Of a stretch of 64,000 nt of DNA, positions 11,265 through 22,086 are shown one piece after another (position 1 is the first letter of the stretch; each line of letters begins with the position of its first letter). The position numbers were made by a program, and so were the translations under genes. The notes under the pieces were generated by a model. That model worked only from the letters and a program-made list of their open reading frames with translations, searched no databases and had not been told where the DNA came from. Source of the DNA: an uncultured delta proteobacterium (GTDB taxonomy: Bacteria > Desulfobacterota > Desulfobaccia > Desulfobaccales > 0-14-0-80-60-11); contig CAWETI010000003.1 of NCBI GenBank assembly GCA_963812015.1, positions 320,001 to 384,000 on the forward strand. The letters run 5' to 3'.

Positions 11265-12626
11265 ATGGACTCTTACAGAATCCCTCTGAGCGAAGCCGAG
11301 ATGCCCCAGGAGTGGTACAATATTATTCCGGACCTGCCGTCCCCGTTACCTCCTTATCTCCACCCGGCCACCGGCAAGCCCATTACCCCGGACGATCTGG
11401 CGGCCATCTTTCCCCGGGCCCTCATCGAGCAGGAAATGAGCCCGGAGCGCTGGATCCCCATCCCCGATGAGGTGTTGCGCATCTATCAATTGTGGCGGCC
11501 CAGCCCCCTGCACCGGGCCCGCAACTTAGAGAAGGCCCTTCAGACCCCGGCCCGCATCTACTATAAGAACGAATCCGTCAGCCCCGCCGGCAGCCACAAG
11601 CCCAACACCGCGGTGGCCCAGGCCTACTATAACAAGATAGAGGGCATTAAAAGGTTGGCCACCGAGACCGGGGCGGGCCAGTGGGGCTGCGCCCTGTCCC
11701 TGGCCTGCAACTTTTTCGACATGGAATGCACTGTATACATGGTCAAGGTGAGCTACCACCAGAAGCCCTACCGCCGCTCGCTGATGCACATCTGGGGGGC
11801 CGACGTCTATCCTTCCCCCACGGACCGCACCCAGGCCGGCCGGTCCATTTTGGCCAAGGACCCCAACACCTCCGGCAGCCTGGGTATGGCCATTTCCGAG
11901 GCGGTGGAGGACGCTGCCACCCACGGCGACACCAACTATGCCCTGGGGAGCGTCCTCAACCATGTAATGCTGCACCAGACCATCGTGGGGCTGGAGACCA
12001 AAAAGCAACTGGCCCTGGCCGGGGAGTCGCCGGATGTCCTCATCGGCTGCGTCGGCGGGGGCAGCAACTTTGCGGGCTTCTGCTTCCCGTTCGTGCCGGA
12101 CAAGCTGAAGGGCAAGGATATCCGTTTTGTGGCGGTGGAGCCCACCGCCTGTCCCACCCTGACCCGGGGGGCCTACACCTATGACTTCGGGGACACCACC
12201 GGACTCACCCCTCTGATCATGATGTACACCCTGGGCCATTCCTTCGTGCCGTCGGGTATCCATGCCGGGGGCCTGCGCTATCACGGCGACGCCCCGCTGC
12301 TGTGCCTGCTGGTGCACGACAAGGTCATCGAGGCCCGGGCTTATCCCCAAAACCCGGTCTTTGAGGCGGCCCGCCTCTTCGCCGAAACCGAGGGGATTAT
12401 TCCGGCCCCGGAGACGGCCCACGCCATCAAGGCGGCGGTGGATGAGGCCAGGGTGTGCAGGGAGACCAACCAGGCCAAGTGTATCGTCTTTAATCTATCG
12501 GGCCATGGCCACTTCGACCTGGCGGCCTACGACGCCTTCCTGGAAGGCCAGCTCAAAGATATCGAGCTCGACCCGGAAGAAATGATCCAAAAGGCCCTGG
12601 CGGAGTTGCCCAAGATAAAGCCATAA
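11265..12626 (+). CDS. trpB2: TrpB2-type tryptophan synthase beta-like PLP enzyme
   Basis: [11 protein letters not shown] (PLP Lys), [17 protein letters not shown] and [10 protein letters not shown]; no trpA nearby. Confidence 0.93.
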   Translation: MDSYRIPLSEAEMPQEWYNIIPDLPSPLPPYLHPATGKPITPDDLAAIFPRALIEQEMSPERWIPIPDEVLRIYQLWRPSPLHRARNLEKALQTPARIYYKNESVSPAGSHKPNTAVAQAYYNKIEGIKRLATETGAGQWGCALSLACNFFDMECTVYMVKVSYHQKPYRRSLMHIWGADVYPSPTDRTQAGRSILAKDPNTSGSLGMAISEAVEDAATHGDTNYALGSVLNHVMLHQTIVGLETKKQLALAGESPDVLIGCVGGGSNFAGFCFPFVPDKLKGKDIRFVAVEPTACPTLTRGAYTYDFGDTTGLTPLIMMYTLGHSFVPSGIHAGGLRYHGDAPLLCLLVHDKVIEARAYPQNPVFEAARLFAETEGIIPAPETAHAIKAAVDEARVCRETNQAKCIVFNLSGHGHFDLAAYDAFLEGQLKDIELDPEEMIQKALAELPKIKP

Positions 12627-12649
12627 CCCCGCACTGACGCCAGGAAAAG

Positions 12650-12681
12650 AGGGCAGGCCGATGATGGCGCTGCCCTTTTTT
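12650..12681 (+). terminator. Probable intrinsic terminator
   Basis: AGGGCAG…CTGCCCT followed by a T run. Confidence 0.55.
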
Positions 12682-12799
12682 CCAGAGGCTTTATGCATCA
12701 CGCCCTGGGGGGCAATAAATCGTGCCCCCGACAATTGATTTCCCTCACATCACACCTTAAGTTTAACGATAGATCAATTATGCCGTAAAGGAGATCCAC

Positions 12800-13315
12800 A
12801 TGGCGGAACGCCCCGGAATAATCACCATGAAAGGTCACCCCTTGACCCTGGTGGGCCAGGAAGTGAAAGCGGGGGACCAGGCCCCGGATTTTGAGGTCCT
12901 GGCCAATGACTTGAGCCCGTTTAAATTATCCTCCCTCAAGGGCAAGGTGGCCATCATCTGCTCGGTGCCCTCCCTGGACACCCCCACCTGCGATATTGAA
13001 ACCCGCTGGTTTAATGAAGAGGCGGCCAAACTGGGCCCCGACGTGGAAGTCCTGACCATCAGCATGGACCTGCCCTTTGCCCAGAGGCGCTGGTGCGGTG
13101 CCGCGGGAGTGGACCGGGTAAAAACCTACTCGGACCACCGGGAGGCGGCATTTGGCCTGGGTTATGGGGTCTTGATCAAGGAACTGCGCCTTCTGGCCCG
13201 AGCGGTGTTCGTGGTGGATAAGGCCGGGGTCGTGCGCTACGTCCAACTCGTCAAGGAAGTGGCGAATGAGCCGAACTACGATGAGGTGTTAAAAGTGGTG
13301 GGGCAGCTTACTTGA
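12800..13315 (+). CDS. tpx: Thiol peroxidase (atypical 2-Cys peroxiredoxin)
   Basis: VPSLDTPTC, ISMDLPFAQRRWC and LLARAVFVVD. Confidence 0.95.
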   Translation: MAERPGIITMKGHPLTLVGQEVKAGDQAPDFEVLANDLSPFKLSSLKGKVAIICSVPSLDTPTCDIETRWFNEEAAKLGPDVEVLTISMDLPFAQRRWCGAAGVDRVKTYSDHREAAFGLGYGVLIKELRLLARAVFVVDKAGVVRYVQLVKEVANEPNYDEVLKVVGQLT

Positions 13316-13371
13316 TGGGCGTTAGCTTGGCAAAGATATTTTTATAAGGGCGAGCCTATGTGTCCGCCCTT

Positions 13372-13824
13372 TTAGGTGAGAGGTAACCAGCTCCCCTGCC
13401 GCTTCTGGTCCCAGGCCCGGCGGATGACGCCGGCGGTGAATTGGGGCAGGTCGAAGCCGGGGAGCTCGGCAAGGGGGACGAACCGGGCCGCGGTGATATC
13501 GGAACCGACGGTCAACTCCCCCGCTTCATAGTCGCAGAGGTAGTCCACCAGGACATAGTGGTAAGCGACGTTACCGTCGGGATCGGGGAAGATGCGCTCG
13601 GCCACCGCGGCGATGCCCAAGAGGTTCACGGTTAACCCGGTCTCCTCCGCCAATTCCCGCTGGATGGCGGCCGACAGGGTCTCCCCCAACTCCACCAGAC
13701 CGCCGGGCAGGCTCCAGGAACCCAGAGCCGGTTCCTGGCCCCGGCGCACCAGGAGCACTTCTTCGCCCCGGAAGACGACGGCGCCGACGCCCACCAGGGG
13801 CTGATCGGGATAGTGACGTTTGAT
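13372..13824 (-). CDS. NUDIX hydrolase
   Basis: Nudix box GGLVELGETLSAAIQRELAEETGL; start uncertain (ATC at 13824 follows an AGGAG RBS). Confidence 0.85.
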   Translation of the reverse strand: MKRHYPDQPLVGVGAVVFRGEEVLLVRRGQEPALGSWSLPGGLVELGETLSAAIQRELAEETGLTVNLLGIAAVAERIFPDPDGNVAYHYVLVDYLCDYEAGELTVGSDITAARFVPLAELPGFDLPQFTAGVIRRAWDQKRQGSWLPLT

Positions 13825-13982
13825 AGAAAATTCTCCTAAGATTTTTTCCGGGGAGGACCGGGTGAAGCCAATTCCCCCGCCCTCCCCGGAGACCCCTCCC
13901 AACCCCCTATATGGGGTTGGGGGTGGGGTTTTAGGGGAGGGGGCAGGGGCTTTTGTCCCTGGCCCCTTCCCCTAAAATCATC

Positions 13983-15542
13983 TCATATCTCCACCCGAAG
14001 CGATCGTTTCACCCGAATCGCCGCGGCGCCGCCCACAGGGCAGACGTGTTCGCAGTGGCCGCAACCGATGCAGCGATCCGGGTTCACCACCGGCAGCTTG
14101 ATTTTCACCCGTTCTCCCTCAAGGTTGACGACTTCCTGCTCGGAGAAGGTGATGGCCTTGGGCGAGACGGGGCAATGTTCCTCGCACACCAGGCAATCGG
14201 TGCCTTCGGTGTAGGGGATACACCGGGTACGGTTGATGGTGGCGGTCCCCAGGGCGATGGCCTGCTTGTCCGCCAGTTTGAGGTGGGGGATGGCCCCGGT
14301 GGGGCACACCTGGCCGCACAGGTTACAGGAGTAGGAGCAGTAGCCCATCCGGGGTATGAGCCGGGGGGTGTACAGCCCCTCCAGGCCCGCTTCCCACAGC
14401 ACCGGCTGGATGCCGTTGGTCAGGCAAACCTTCATGCATTGGCCGCAGCGGATGCAGCGAGAGAGAACCTCCGCCTCGCTCTGGGCCCCGGGGGGCCGGA
14501 TGAGAAATTCGTCGGGCCGCCGGGCCAGGGAACCCAGGCGGGCCAGGGGCACGGCCACGGCTCCCGCGGCCAGGGCGGTGACCACCTGGCGCCTCCCCAA
14601 GTCCAGGGGCGCCCGGGGGGCCTTGGAGGTCCAGGTAAAGCTCACCCGATCCTCTTTCTGGCACGCCTCCAGGCAGCGGAGGCAGAGCTGGCACTCGGAA
14701 GTCTGATGGCGGGCCGGTTTCCCCGGGGCAAAGGCGGCCATTTTGCACACCTGGATGCAGTCGCCGCAGTCGGGGCAGAGGGCGGCGGGCCGCCGCCGCA
14801 GCCGGGAGAAGCGGGCGATGAGGCCATAGAGGGCACCCAGAGGACAGAAGGCCCGGCACCAGAAGCGCCGGTCCACCCGCTCCGCGGCCACCATGAGGGC
14901 AAAGAGCACCAGGGTGAAGAAAGGCAGCAGGTAGACCAGGGGCCGGAAGGGCAGCACCGTGGCCTTGAAGAATTGATAGAGGGGCTCGCTCACGTAAGTG
15001 ATGGGCGGCCCCAGGCGGTAGAGGGTGAGTCCCGATTTCTCCACCCCATAGCCGAAGGCGGGGTAGAGAACGATGGTCAGGGTTCGGTAGAGCAAAGACA
15101 GGGGGTCGAACAGCCCCACCAGGTTGAGGGAAAGGAGGGTGCTCACCAGCAGGCCTACCAGCAGGTAGTATTTGCCCCGGCGCCACCGGGCCGCCACGCC
15201 GCGATCGGGGCGGGGGCTGAAGAGCAGCCGGCGGGTCACGTCCAGGGTCGTGCCCAGGGGGCAGACCCAGCCGCAGAAAAACCGGCCCAGGATGAAGGTC
15301 AGGGCCACCATAACCAGGGACCAAAACAGCCCGGCCACCAGGGGGCTGAAGGTCAAGAGCTGGGCCGCCAGGATCAGGGGGTCGAAGCGGAAGAACAGGT
15401 CCACGGGCCAGGCCAGGTTTTCCTGCCCTTCGAAGGTAGCTTTCAGAAACAGCCAGACAAACAGGGCCAGAAAAAGGACCTGGATGACCCGGCGGAGGCG
15501 CAGCCAGGTGCGGTTGGTTAAGGAATAAGTTTTGGTTTCCAT
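13983..15542 (-). CDS. Membrane polyferredoxin (NapH/MauN-like N-terminus plus NapG/MauM-like 4Fe-4S C-terminus)
   Basis: GRFFCGWVCPLG, RFWCRAFCPLG and several CxxCxxCxxxCP motifs. Confidence 0.85.
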   Translation of the reverse strand: METKTYSLTNRTWLRLRRVIQVLFLALFVWLFLKATFEGQENLAWPVDLFFRFDPLILAAQLLTFSPLVAGLFWSLVMVALTFILGRFFCGWVCPLGTTLDVTRRLLFSPRPDRGVAARWRRGKYYLLVGLLVSTLLSLNLVGLFDPLSLLYRTLTIVLYPAFGYGVEKSGLTLYRLGPPITYVSEPLYQFFKATVLPFRPLVYLLPFFTLVLFALMVAAERVDRRFWCRAFCPLGALYGLIARFSRLRRRPAALCPDCGDCIQVCKMAAFAPGKPARHQTSECQLCLRCLEACQKEDRVSFTWTSKAPRAPLDLGRRQVVTALAAGAVAVPLARLGSLARRPDEFLIRPPGAQSEAEVLSRCIRCGQCMKVCLTNGIQPVLWEAGLEGLYTPRLIPRMGYCSYSCNLCGQVCPTGAIPHLKLADKQAIALGTATINRTRCIPYTEGTDCLVCEEHCPVSPKAITFSEQEVVNLEGERVKIKLPVVNPDRCIGCGHCEHVCPVGGAAAIRVKRSLRVEI

Positions 15543-15572
15543 GGTGTTAAGGGCTGGAGATTAAGGAACTGA

Positions 15573-16337
15573 TTAGGCTCCAAGATTTGACCGGTCTCCC
15601 CGTAGACTGGCTTGACAATCACCAGCGGGGGCTTTTTTCAGCAACTTCAGTCCATAGGGACACACCGCCGAACAGATTCCACAGACGTGCCCTCCATGGA
15701 GTTGGAAATAATTTTCTTTCTTCCAACGGTCACAAGCTCTGGGGTCCAGGATGTCTTCCCGCGGTAGCCCCGGATACCACAAGTTGCCGGTCAACGCTCC
15801 GGCAGGGCAGGCATCCACGCAGCGGGTGCAACGGCCGCAGAAGCTGCGCTCCATTGGCGGCCCACAGGGGAGGTCCATATCGGTAAAAACCGTTCCCAAG
15901 CGAATCCAGGAGCCAAACTTACGGGTGACAAGCTGGCAATGGCGGCCGATCCAGCCTAATCCTGCCCGGGTGGCCGCAGTTTTATGGGGAAAGTCTCCTT
16001 TGATGTTTACCGGATCGCTACGTTTTGCAGCAGCCAACGGCTGGGCTCGAAAGCCCCGGCTTCTGACGGCGGCTGCCAAAATCCCCGCCAGCTCATTAAT
16101 CTGGTGGTTCACCCGGTCATACTCATCCGCATAGGCTTGGGTTGGGCCATGGCGGACCTCTGCCATCACCTGGGGGGTTATGGGGACAGCCCAAGAAAGG
16201 GCGCAGGGAAACCCTCGCCCTTCCGCATCCTTGGGGGTAGAGAACCCCTGCAGGTCGGCCGCACCCCAAAGGACAATTGTCTGCTCTTGCATCCCCAGGG
16301 TCAGCCAAGAAGGGAAAGAGGTTAAGGAAACTGGCAA
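15573..16337 (-). CDS. Epoxyqueuosine reductase (QueG)-like Fe-S protein
   Basis: FPHKTAATRAGLGWIG, CGRCTRCVDACP and CGICSAVCPYG. Confidence 0.75.
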   Translation of the reverse strand: MPVSLTSFPSWLTLGMQEQTIVLWGAADLQGFSTPKDAEGRGFPCALSWAVPITPQVMAEVRHGPTQAYADEYDRVNHQINELAGILAAAVRSRGFRAQPLAAAKRSDPVNIKGDFPHKTAATRAGLGWIGRHCQLVTRKFGSWIRLGTVFTDMDLPCGPPMERSFCGRCTRCVDACPAGALTGNLWYPGLPREDILDPRACDRWKKENYFQLHGGHVCGICSAVCPYGLKLLKKAPAGDCQASLRGDRSNLGA

Positions 16338-16440
16338 AACTTAGTTTTCCTCTCCCGCAAATTTTCCAGCGATTTTTCCGGAATAATTCAGTAAATTAAT
16401 TAACAATCCTGATAGCGAAAACCAGCGCCCGATTCCTTCC

Positions 16441-17361
16441 TTAAGAAGAAAGGATCTTGATCTTGTTCAGATCCATTTCACCCCGGCCGGCCTGGTGGGA
16501 TTTGGCGATATAGCCGATATCCGTGGGTTTCATGCCAAACAGACCGGTGCCCAGGGCATCCAGGGCCACGGGATCGGTGCTGGCGAACACCAGGTTTTTC
16601 ACCTCCACATCCTCGAGGCTGCCTCCCGATGGCCCATTCCGGAGCAGGATGCGGGTGGCGTCCAGGACGTGCAGGTCGGGGCGCAACAGCAAATTCATGT
16701 CGGCGATATTCTGGTGCAGGCCCACATGGATGCGGCCTCGCCAGCCGCCGATGGCCCCCATCATGTTCTTCAGGCACATGGTGAGTCGGGCTTCGGAGTG
16801 ATTTTTGGCGATGGGGATGTTAATGAAGCGGTCGGCCTCCAAAATCTCTTTGTAGAAATACCATTTCTTCAGGGCCCTGGCCTTCTCGATCTGGAGTTCC
16901 ACGAACCCGCGGTCATCCACGTACTCCACCACCGCCCGGGGGTCTTTGATGGCCTCCACCGCCGCCTTGATTCCCGAGTTGACGTAGGCCTTGCGGGCGT
17001 CGTGGCAGGTGTTGTCCAGCACCTTGACCTTCTTGGCCCCGGCTTCCAGGCACAATTCCACCACCTGACGCACCACCGCCGGGTGGGCATTGGCCGCCAT
17101 CTCCGGGGGCCGATCCCAGGCCATGTTGGGTTTGACCACCACCACTTCGCCGGCATTGACGAACTTTTTCATCCCGCCCAGGGCCTGAATGGTATCTCCC
17201 ACCAGTTGGGCGTAATTGGCGCCCTGGGCCTTGGCGACGATGGGTTGAGGCGCTTCCTGGGGGGCCATGGCCCACACTTCTTCGGGCAACACCAGCTGCC
17301 CAGCCCCGGCCATCAGGCCTAACGCTGCCATTTGCCTAAGGAAATCACGACGATGCATCAT
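16441..17361 (-). CDS. Tat-exported DUF362 protein
   Basis: RRDFL twin-arginine signal; VVVKPN, IPIAKNH, KNMMG and DPVALD motifs. Confidence 0.85.
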   Translation of the reverse strand: MMHRRDFLRQMAALGLMAGAGQLVLPEEVWAMAPQEAPQPIVAKAQGANYAQLVGDTIQALGGMKKFVNAGEVVVVKPNMAWDRPPEMAANAHPAVVRQVVELCLEAGAKKVKVLDNTCHDARKAYVNSGIKAAVEAIKDPRAVVEYVDDRGFVELQIEKARALKKWYFYKEILEADRFINIPIAKNHSEARLTMCLKNMMGAIGGWRGRIHVGLHQNIADMNLLLRPDLHVLDATRILLRNGPSGGSLEDVEVKNLVFASTDPVALDALGTGLFGMKPTDIGYIAKSHQAGRGEMDLNKIKILSS

Positions 17362-17453
17362 CGCCTCCGGTGAGCCCTCTAGATATTTTCTAGTCTAAAC
17401 ACAGTCATGTGAGTTTGCAAGTTTTTCTTGACAAGAAGCGGAAAACCAAATAT

Positions 17454-17493
17454 TGACTATACAGTCATTACAATGACCCGGTAGTCATTGTAA
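17454..17493. promoter_or_regulatory. Tandem TGAC-N6-GTCA operators (likely TetR sites)
   Basis: TGACTATACAGTCA (17454-17467) and TTACAATGAC-CCGGTA-GTCATTGTAA (17468-17493); TTGACA at 17428. Confidence 0.65.
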
Positions 17494-17553
17494 CGAATAT
17501 GGAAGTCCCTGAGGATATTTTTTTCGAGAAACCCCGGCGACCAAGCCTGAGAA

Positions 17554-18207
17554 ATGAACGCGCCCCCCAAAACCACTAAAAAAGAAATTGTCACCGCGTT
17601 TCGCACCCGGGAGATCCTGGCGGCGGCCCGGAGGCTGCTATATCAGCGCGGCCTGGAAGTTATGACCATGGAAGAGATCGCCGCCTCCGCCGGGGTGGCC
17701 AAGGGGACGTTGTATCTCTATTTCCAGAGCAAAGACGACCTGATCCAGGCCCTCATCACCCAGGTGGGGGAAAATATTCTTCAGGACGTGGATGCCGCCC
17801 TCCAGGCCCCCGGAACGCCTCCGGAGAAGTTGGTCCGGATGGTGTCGGTCCTCCTGGAGTATCTCAACCGGGACCGGCTGTTGTTCCCCATTTATGCCCG
17901 GGAACTGCTCCGGGGGGAGCAGGAAGCCCGGGAAGGCTTTCGGCGCGACTACCAGGAGTTAGAAGAACGATTTGTCACCCTGGTGACGGGCCTGTTTGCC
18001 GAAGGCATTGCCGCCGGCCAATTTATTCCCGCCAATCCCCGCCTTCTCACCTTCTTGATTCGAGGGTTGGTTCGGGCCACCGGCTACTATCAGAAGGCCG
18101 AAGGACGGGCTGAGGCCGCCCAAGAGGCCTTACCGGTAATTCTCACCCTGCTCTCTTCCGGGGTAATCCGAGAAAAGCAATCTACAGTAGAGGAAGCGGC
18201 GCGATGA
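17554..18207 (+). CDS. TetR/AcrR family regulator
   Basis: N-terminal HTH TMEEIAASAGVAKGTLYLYFQSKDDL. Confidence 0.93.
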   Translation: MNAPPKTTKKEIVTAFRTREILAAARRLLYQRGLEVMTMEEIAASAGVAKGTLYLYFQSKDDLIQALITQVGENILQDVDAALQAPGTPPEKLVRMVSVLLEYLNRDRLLFPIYARELLRGEQEAREGFRRDYQELEERFVTLVTGLFAEGIAAGQFIPANPRLLTFLIRGLVRATGYYQKAEGRAEAAQEALPVILTLLSSGVIREKQSTVEEAAR

Positions 18208-19568
18208 TGGCCAGGAACCTTTGGCGAGTGCTGGTGTTTGGGCTCATAATGTGGGGTGCGGCGGTCCTTCCAGGTGAGACCGCCGAGCCCCCGGCTTCCC
18301 ACCTGGATCTGAAGGAAGCCCTGCGACTGGCCTGGAAGGCCAACCCCAATTTGCAGATCAGTCGCCTCCAGGCCCTCATCGCCGGCGAACAGGTGGTCCG
18401 GGCCCGGTCGGGACTGCTTCCCCAGATCAACAACCAGGTGGGCCAGACCATTTATGATGATCCCCCCAAGATGAAGCTCAGCGGGGGGATGTTGGGCCTT
18501 CCCGGTACTCTCGTAGTACCCCAGAGCAACCGGAACTTCTGGAGCAGCCAGACTACGGTAAACCAATTGCTCTTCGACTTCTGGGGCACCCCCTCCAAAT
18601 ATATGGCGGCCATCAAAGGCCATCAGGCCAGCCTCCTGGACACCACCCAGACCCGGGACGACGTGTTTCTCACCGTGGCCCAGGGCTACTTTAAAACCCT
18701 CCGGGCCCAAAAAATGGTGGAAGTGGCCAAGCAGAATGTCTTTGACCTCAAGGAGCATCTCCGCATTGCCCAGGACCAGTACCAGTTCGGGACCGTGACT
18801 TTCAACGACGTGCTCCAGGCCAAGGTCTCCCTGGCCGACGCCGAGCAGAACCTGATCGTGGCCGAAACCGATTTCATCAACATCCGATCGACGTTGAACA
18901 AGGTCTTGATGCTGCCCGTGTCCGCCGCCACGGTCCTGAAGGATGAGAAAGTCGACCTCAAAGCCTGGGCCTTGGGAGAGGCCACGGACGTCGCCTTGAA
19001 GCAACGGAGCGATCTCAAGGCCAACCAGGAACGCATCCGGCAGCAGGAAAAGACGGTGGTGGAGGCCCAGGCCCAGTACTTTCCCAAGTTTTCCGTGCAA
19101 GGGGGGCACACGTATCAGGTCAATAATTACATCCTGCACGATAACCAGTGGTTTGTCATCCTTGGCATGAACTGGAACATCTTTTCCGGGCTGGATACCA
19201 GGGCGGCGGTCTCCCAGGCCAAGCTCAAGGTGAACCAGTTGGAGGAGCAGCATAAAGATCTCAATGAGCAGGTCCGCCTGGATGTCCAAACCGCCTACCT
19301 GAAGATCAAAGAGACCGTGGACCGCATCAGGACCACGGAGACCGCGGTGACCCAGGGGGAGGAAAATCTGCGTCTCAACGAAGAGCGGTATAAGGAAAGC
19401 GTCGGGACCGCCACCGACGTCATCGACGCCGATACCCTCCTGACCCGGACCCGGGTCAATTACTGGACTGCGGTTTACGACCACCAGATGGCCAAGGCCC
19501 AAATGCTCTGGGCCATCGGCGGCATTAATGAACTCCTGCCCCAGGAGAAGGCCCAATATGGCCCGTAA
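18204..19568 (+). CDS. TolC-family outer membrane efflux protein
   Basis: Signal peptide, ALRLAWKANP, two OEP repeats; efflux operon context. Confidence 0.88.
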   Translation: MMARNLWRVLVFGLIMWGAAVLPGETAEPPASHLDLKEALRLAWKANPNLQISRLQALIAGEQVVRARSGLLPQINNQVGQTIYDDPPKMKLSGGMLGLPGTLVVPQSNRNFWSSQTTVNQLLFDFWGTPSKYMAAIKGHQASLLDTTQTRDDVFLTVAQGYFKTLRAQKMVEVAKQNVFDLKEHLRIAQDQYQFGTVTFNDVLQAKVSLADAEQNLIVAETDFINIRSTLNKVLMLPVSAATVLKDEKVDLKAWALGEATDVALKQRSDLKANQERIRQQEKTVVEAQAQYFPKFSVQGGHTYQVNNYILHDNQWFVILGMNWNIFSGLDTRAAVSQAKLKVNQLEEQHKDLNEQVRLDVQTAYLKIKETVDRIRTTETAVTQGEENLRLNEERYKESVGTATDVIDADTLLTRTRVNYWTAVYDHQMAKAQMLWAIGGINELLPQEKAQYGP

Positions 19569-20619
19569 GACTTACGTTCGAATTGGCATCGGACTGCTGG
19601 TGCTCCTCATGATTGGGGCCGGGGTCGGCTATTGGATCTATATTCATATAGTCGTCAGCACCGACGACGCCTATGTGGCCGGCTACGTGGGGGTCATTTC
19701 GGCCCGGGTGCCGGGGCGGGTGGCCACGGTGCTGGTGGATAACAACCAGCACGTCACTCCCGGCCAGGTTCTGGTGACCCTGGAGCCCCAGGATTACGAG
19801 ACCGCGGTGGCCAAGGAGGCGGGGAACCTGGGCCGCCTGCGCCAGGAACTGGCCCAGGCTTACGTCCGGGTCTCCACCGCCAAAACCCGGGTGCCCCAGG
19901 CGGAGGCTAATTTCCGCATGGCCAACCTCGATAAGACCCGCTACACCAGCCTGTTTGAGCGCCGCACCATCCCCAAGCAGACCCTGGACCAGGTGGAAAC
20001 CCGCTACCGGATCAACCAGGCGGAAGTGACGAAAGCCCAGCGGGAGTTACATGAGTCCCTGGCCGCCATCGGCGGGTCCACCGACATCCCTTTGGAAGAG
20101 CAGCCGGCCATCAAGGAAGCCAAGGCCAAACTGGAGCAGGCCCGCCTCAACCTGAGCTATAGCAAGATCACCGCCCAGATCAAGGGGTATATCACCAGGC
20201 GGCAGGTGGAAGTGGGCAACTGGGTCCAGCCGGGGCAGCCCCTGATGATGCTGGTGCCACTGGACATGTCCCAGCTGTGGATCCAGGCCAACTACAAAGA
20301 GACGGAACTCACTCACATGTATATCGGCCAGCCCGCCAGGGTCCGCATCGACACCTACCCCGGGGTCGAATTCAAAGGCAGGGTGGATTCCATCATGGCC
20401 GGCACCGGCTCGGCGTTTTCCCTCCTGCCTCCCGAGAACGCCACCGGCAACTGGGTGAAGGTGGTCCAACGCGTCCCGGTCAAAATCACCCTGATTCCGC
20501 CCTTTCCCCCCAACCGGCCTCTGCGCCTGGGGATGTCCACCGAGGTTACCGTCGACACCCGGGAACGCACCGGGAAACGGCTGCTCTCCGGCGGGGATGG
20601 CCACGCCACTTCACAGTAA
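19558..20619 (+). CDS. HlyD/EmrA-type membrane fusion protein
   Basis: STDDAYV and TGSAFSLLPPENATGNWVKVVQRVPVKI. Confidence 0.92.
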   Translation: MARKTYVRIGIGLLVLLMIGAGVGYWIYIHIVVSTDDAYVAGYVGVISARVPGRVATVLVDNNQHVTPGQVLVTLEPQDYETAVAKEAGNLGRLRQELAQAYVRVSTAKTRVPQAEANFRMANLDKTRYTSLFERRTIPKQTLDQVETRYRINQAEVTKAQRELHESLAAIGGSTDIPLEEQPAIKEAKAKLEQARLNLSYSKITAQIKGYITRRQVEVGNWVQPGQPLMMLVPLDMSQLWIQANYKETELTHMYIGQPARVRIDTYPGVEFKGRVDSIMAGTGSAFSLLPPENATGNWVKVVQRVPVKITLIPPFPPNRPLRLGMSTEVTVDTRERTGKRLLSGGDGHATSQ

Positions 20620-20692
20620 CCGATATCCCGGCGCCTGGGTTTTTAGGGTTATGAACGGCTGGGCCTCAGGGAGTTAATGGTCGAGACAGAAG

Positions 20693-21961
20693 ATGTCCTT
20701 TGAGGCAAGATTCGCAAAAATCATGGATCTTTCCAGAGCCTTGCCGGCCCTGAAGGACCGCCTCATCTCCCTGGCCGCCAGGGACCTGAAGTTCACCGCC
20801 AAAGATACGGCCCACGAAGTGGACCTGACGGTGGACCGCCTGCACCTGTTTGCCCAAGCCAGGGATAGGCTGGCAAAACGCCGGCCCCTGGGAGGACCAG
20901 GCTCCTGGGTCTCCCTGATGCTGTCTTACAACGGCAGCGCCTGGCTGAACACGGTCATAGCCTCATGCTACCTGGTGGGCAACAAAGTCCTGGTAAAGTT
21001 CTCTTCCAAGGGCGCCGAGGTCCGGGGACTGCTGGAGTCGGTCTATGCGCCCATCTTCGGTAATGACATCGTCTTTTACCATGGCGGCGGCCGGAGTTTC
21101 ATGGAGGAGGCCCTGGCAAAGCCGGAGATTTCGGCGGTGGTGGTCTTCGGCTCTGACGCCCACACCCTCCCCTACCAGGAAGCCTTTAGAAACAGCGGCA
21201 AGAAATTAGTGTTCGAGGGGCCGGGGGTTGATCCCTTTATCGTCTTCGCCGATGCCGATCTGGATCTGGCCCTGAACGACCTCATGAGCGCCAAGTTTAT
21301 CTATTCGGGCCAGACCTGCACCGCGCCCAAGCGGATATTTATTCATCAGGCCATCTACGACGAGTTCTTGTCGCGGCTGGTGGAGCGGGTGCGACGATTG
21401 ACGGTGGGAGAGCCTGAAGACCTCAGAACGGACATCTCTCCGGTGGCCAGCGATCTGGCCGTGGAGCGCCTCAAGCTGTACCTGGAGGAGGCGCGGCTCA
21501 AGGGCGCCGGGGTCCTGGTGGGCGGCAAAATTGACGGAAACCTGGTTTACCCCACGGTGATCAGGGACGCCACCGACGACATGCTGGGCATGCGGGAAGA
21601 AGTCTTCGCACCGGTGGCCTTCACCACCGCGTTTGCCACCCGGGAAGAGGTGGTGGCCCGAGCCCGGAATCATAAGTACGGCCTGCGGGCTTCAGTCTTC
21701 GGTGGTCCCGAGGCCCAGCGCGTCGCCCAAGACTTAAAGGGGGAAGATTATTGCCACCCGGTGCCGGATTATACCTTCGGCAAGTTTGGCACGGTCTCGG
21801 TCAATGAACCCAGGTCAGAATCCTGGAAAGGGGCACTGGTGGTCAAACCTGCGGGCGGTTACGGGTATTCCGGCTGGATTTGGGAGACCGTGGACGGGCG
21901 CTTCCGCCTCAAGCAGGGACCGAAACTCATCAGTCTGGAGACCTCCACTCCAGATGAATAA
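20693..21961 (+). CDS. Divergent aldehyde dehydrogenase family protein
   Basis: FEGPG (catalytic Glu), SGQTCTAPKR (catalytic Cys), EEVFAPV and YGLRASVF. Confidence 0.8.
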   Translation: MSFEARFAKIMDLSRALPALKDRLISLAARDLKFTAKDTAHEVDLTVDRLHLFAQARDRLAKRRPLGGPGSWVSLMLSYNGSAWLNTVIASCYLVGNKVLVKFSSKGAEVRGLLESVYAPIFGNDIVFYHGGGRSFMEEALAKPEISAVVVFGSDAHTLPYQEAFRNSGKKLVFEGPGVDPFIVFADADLDLALNDLMSAKFIYSGQTCTAPKRIFIHQAIYDEFLSRLVERVRRLTVGEPEDLRTDISPVASDLAVERLKLYLEEARLKGAGVLVGGKIDGNLVYPTVIRDATDDMLGMREEVFAPVAFTTAFATREEVVARARNHKYGLRASVFGGPEAQRVAQDLKGEDYCHPVPDYTFGKFGTVSVNEPRSESWKGALVVKPAGGYGYSGWIWETVDGRFRLKQGPKLISLETSTPDE

Positions 21962-22086
21962 ATCGGCAGCCACCCCCAAAGCATGAAGAGACTGGTGATG
22001 CAGGCCTCTGCAGCCGCGCATTTAGGGGACAGGCGCGTCGCCTGCCCACATATTCCTAATAACTTTTCCAGGCTGATCCGATAGCG

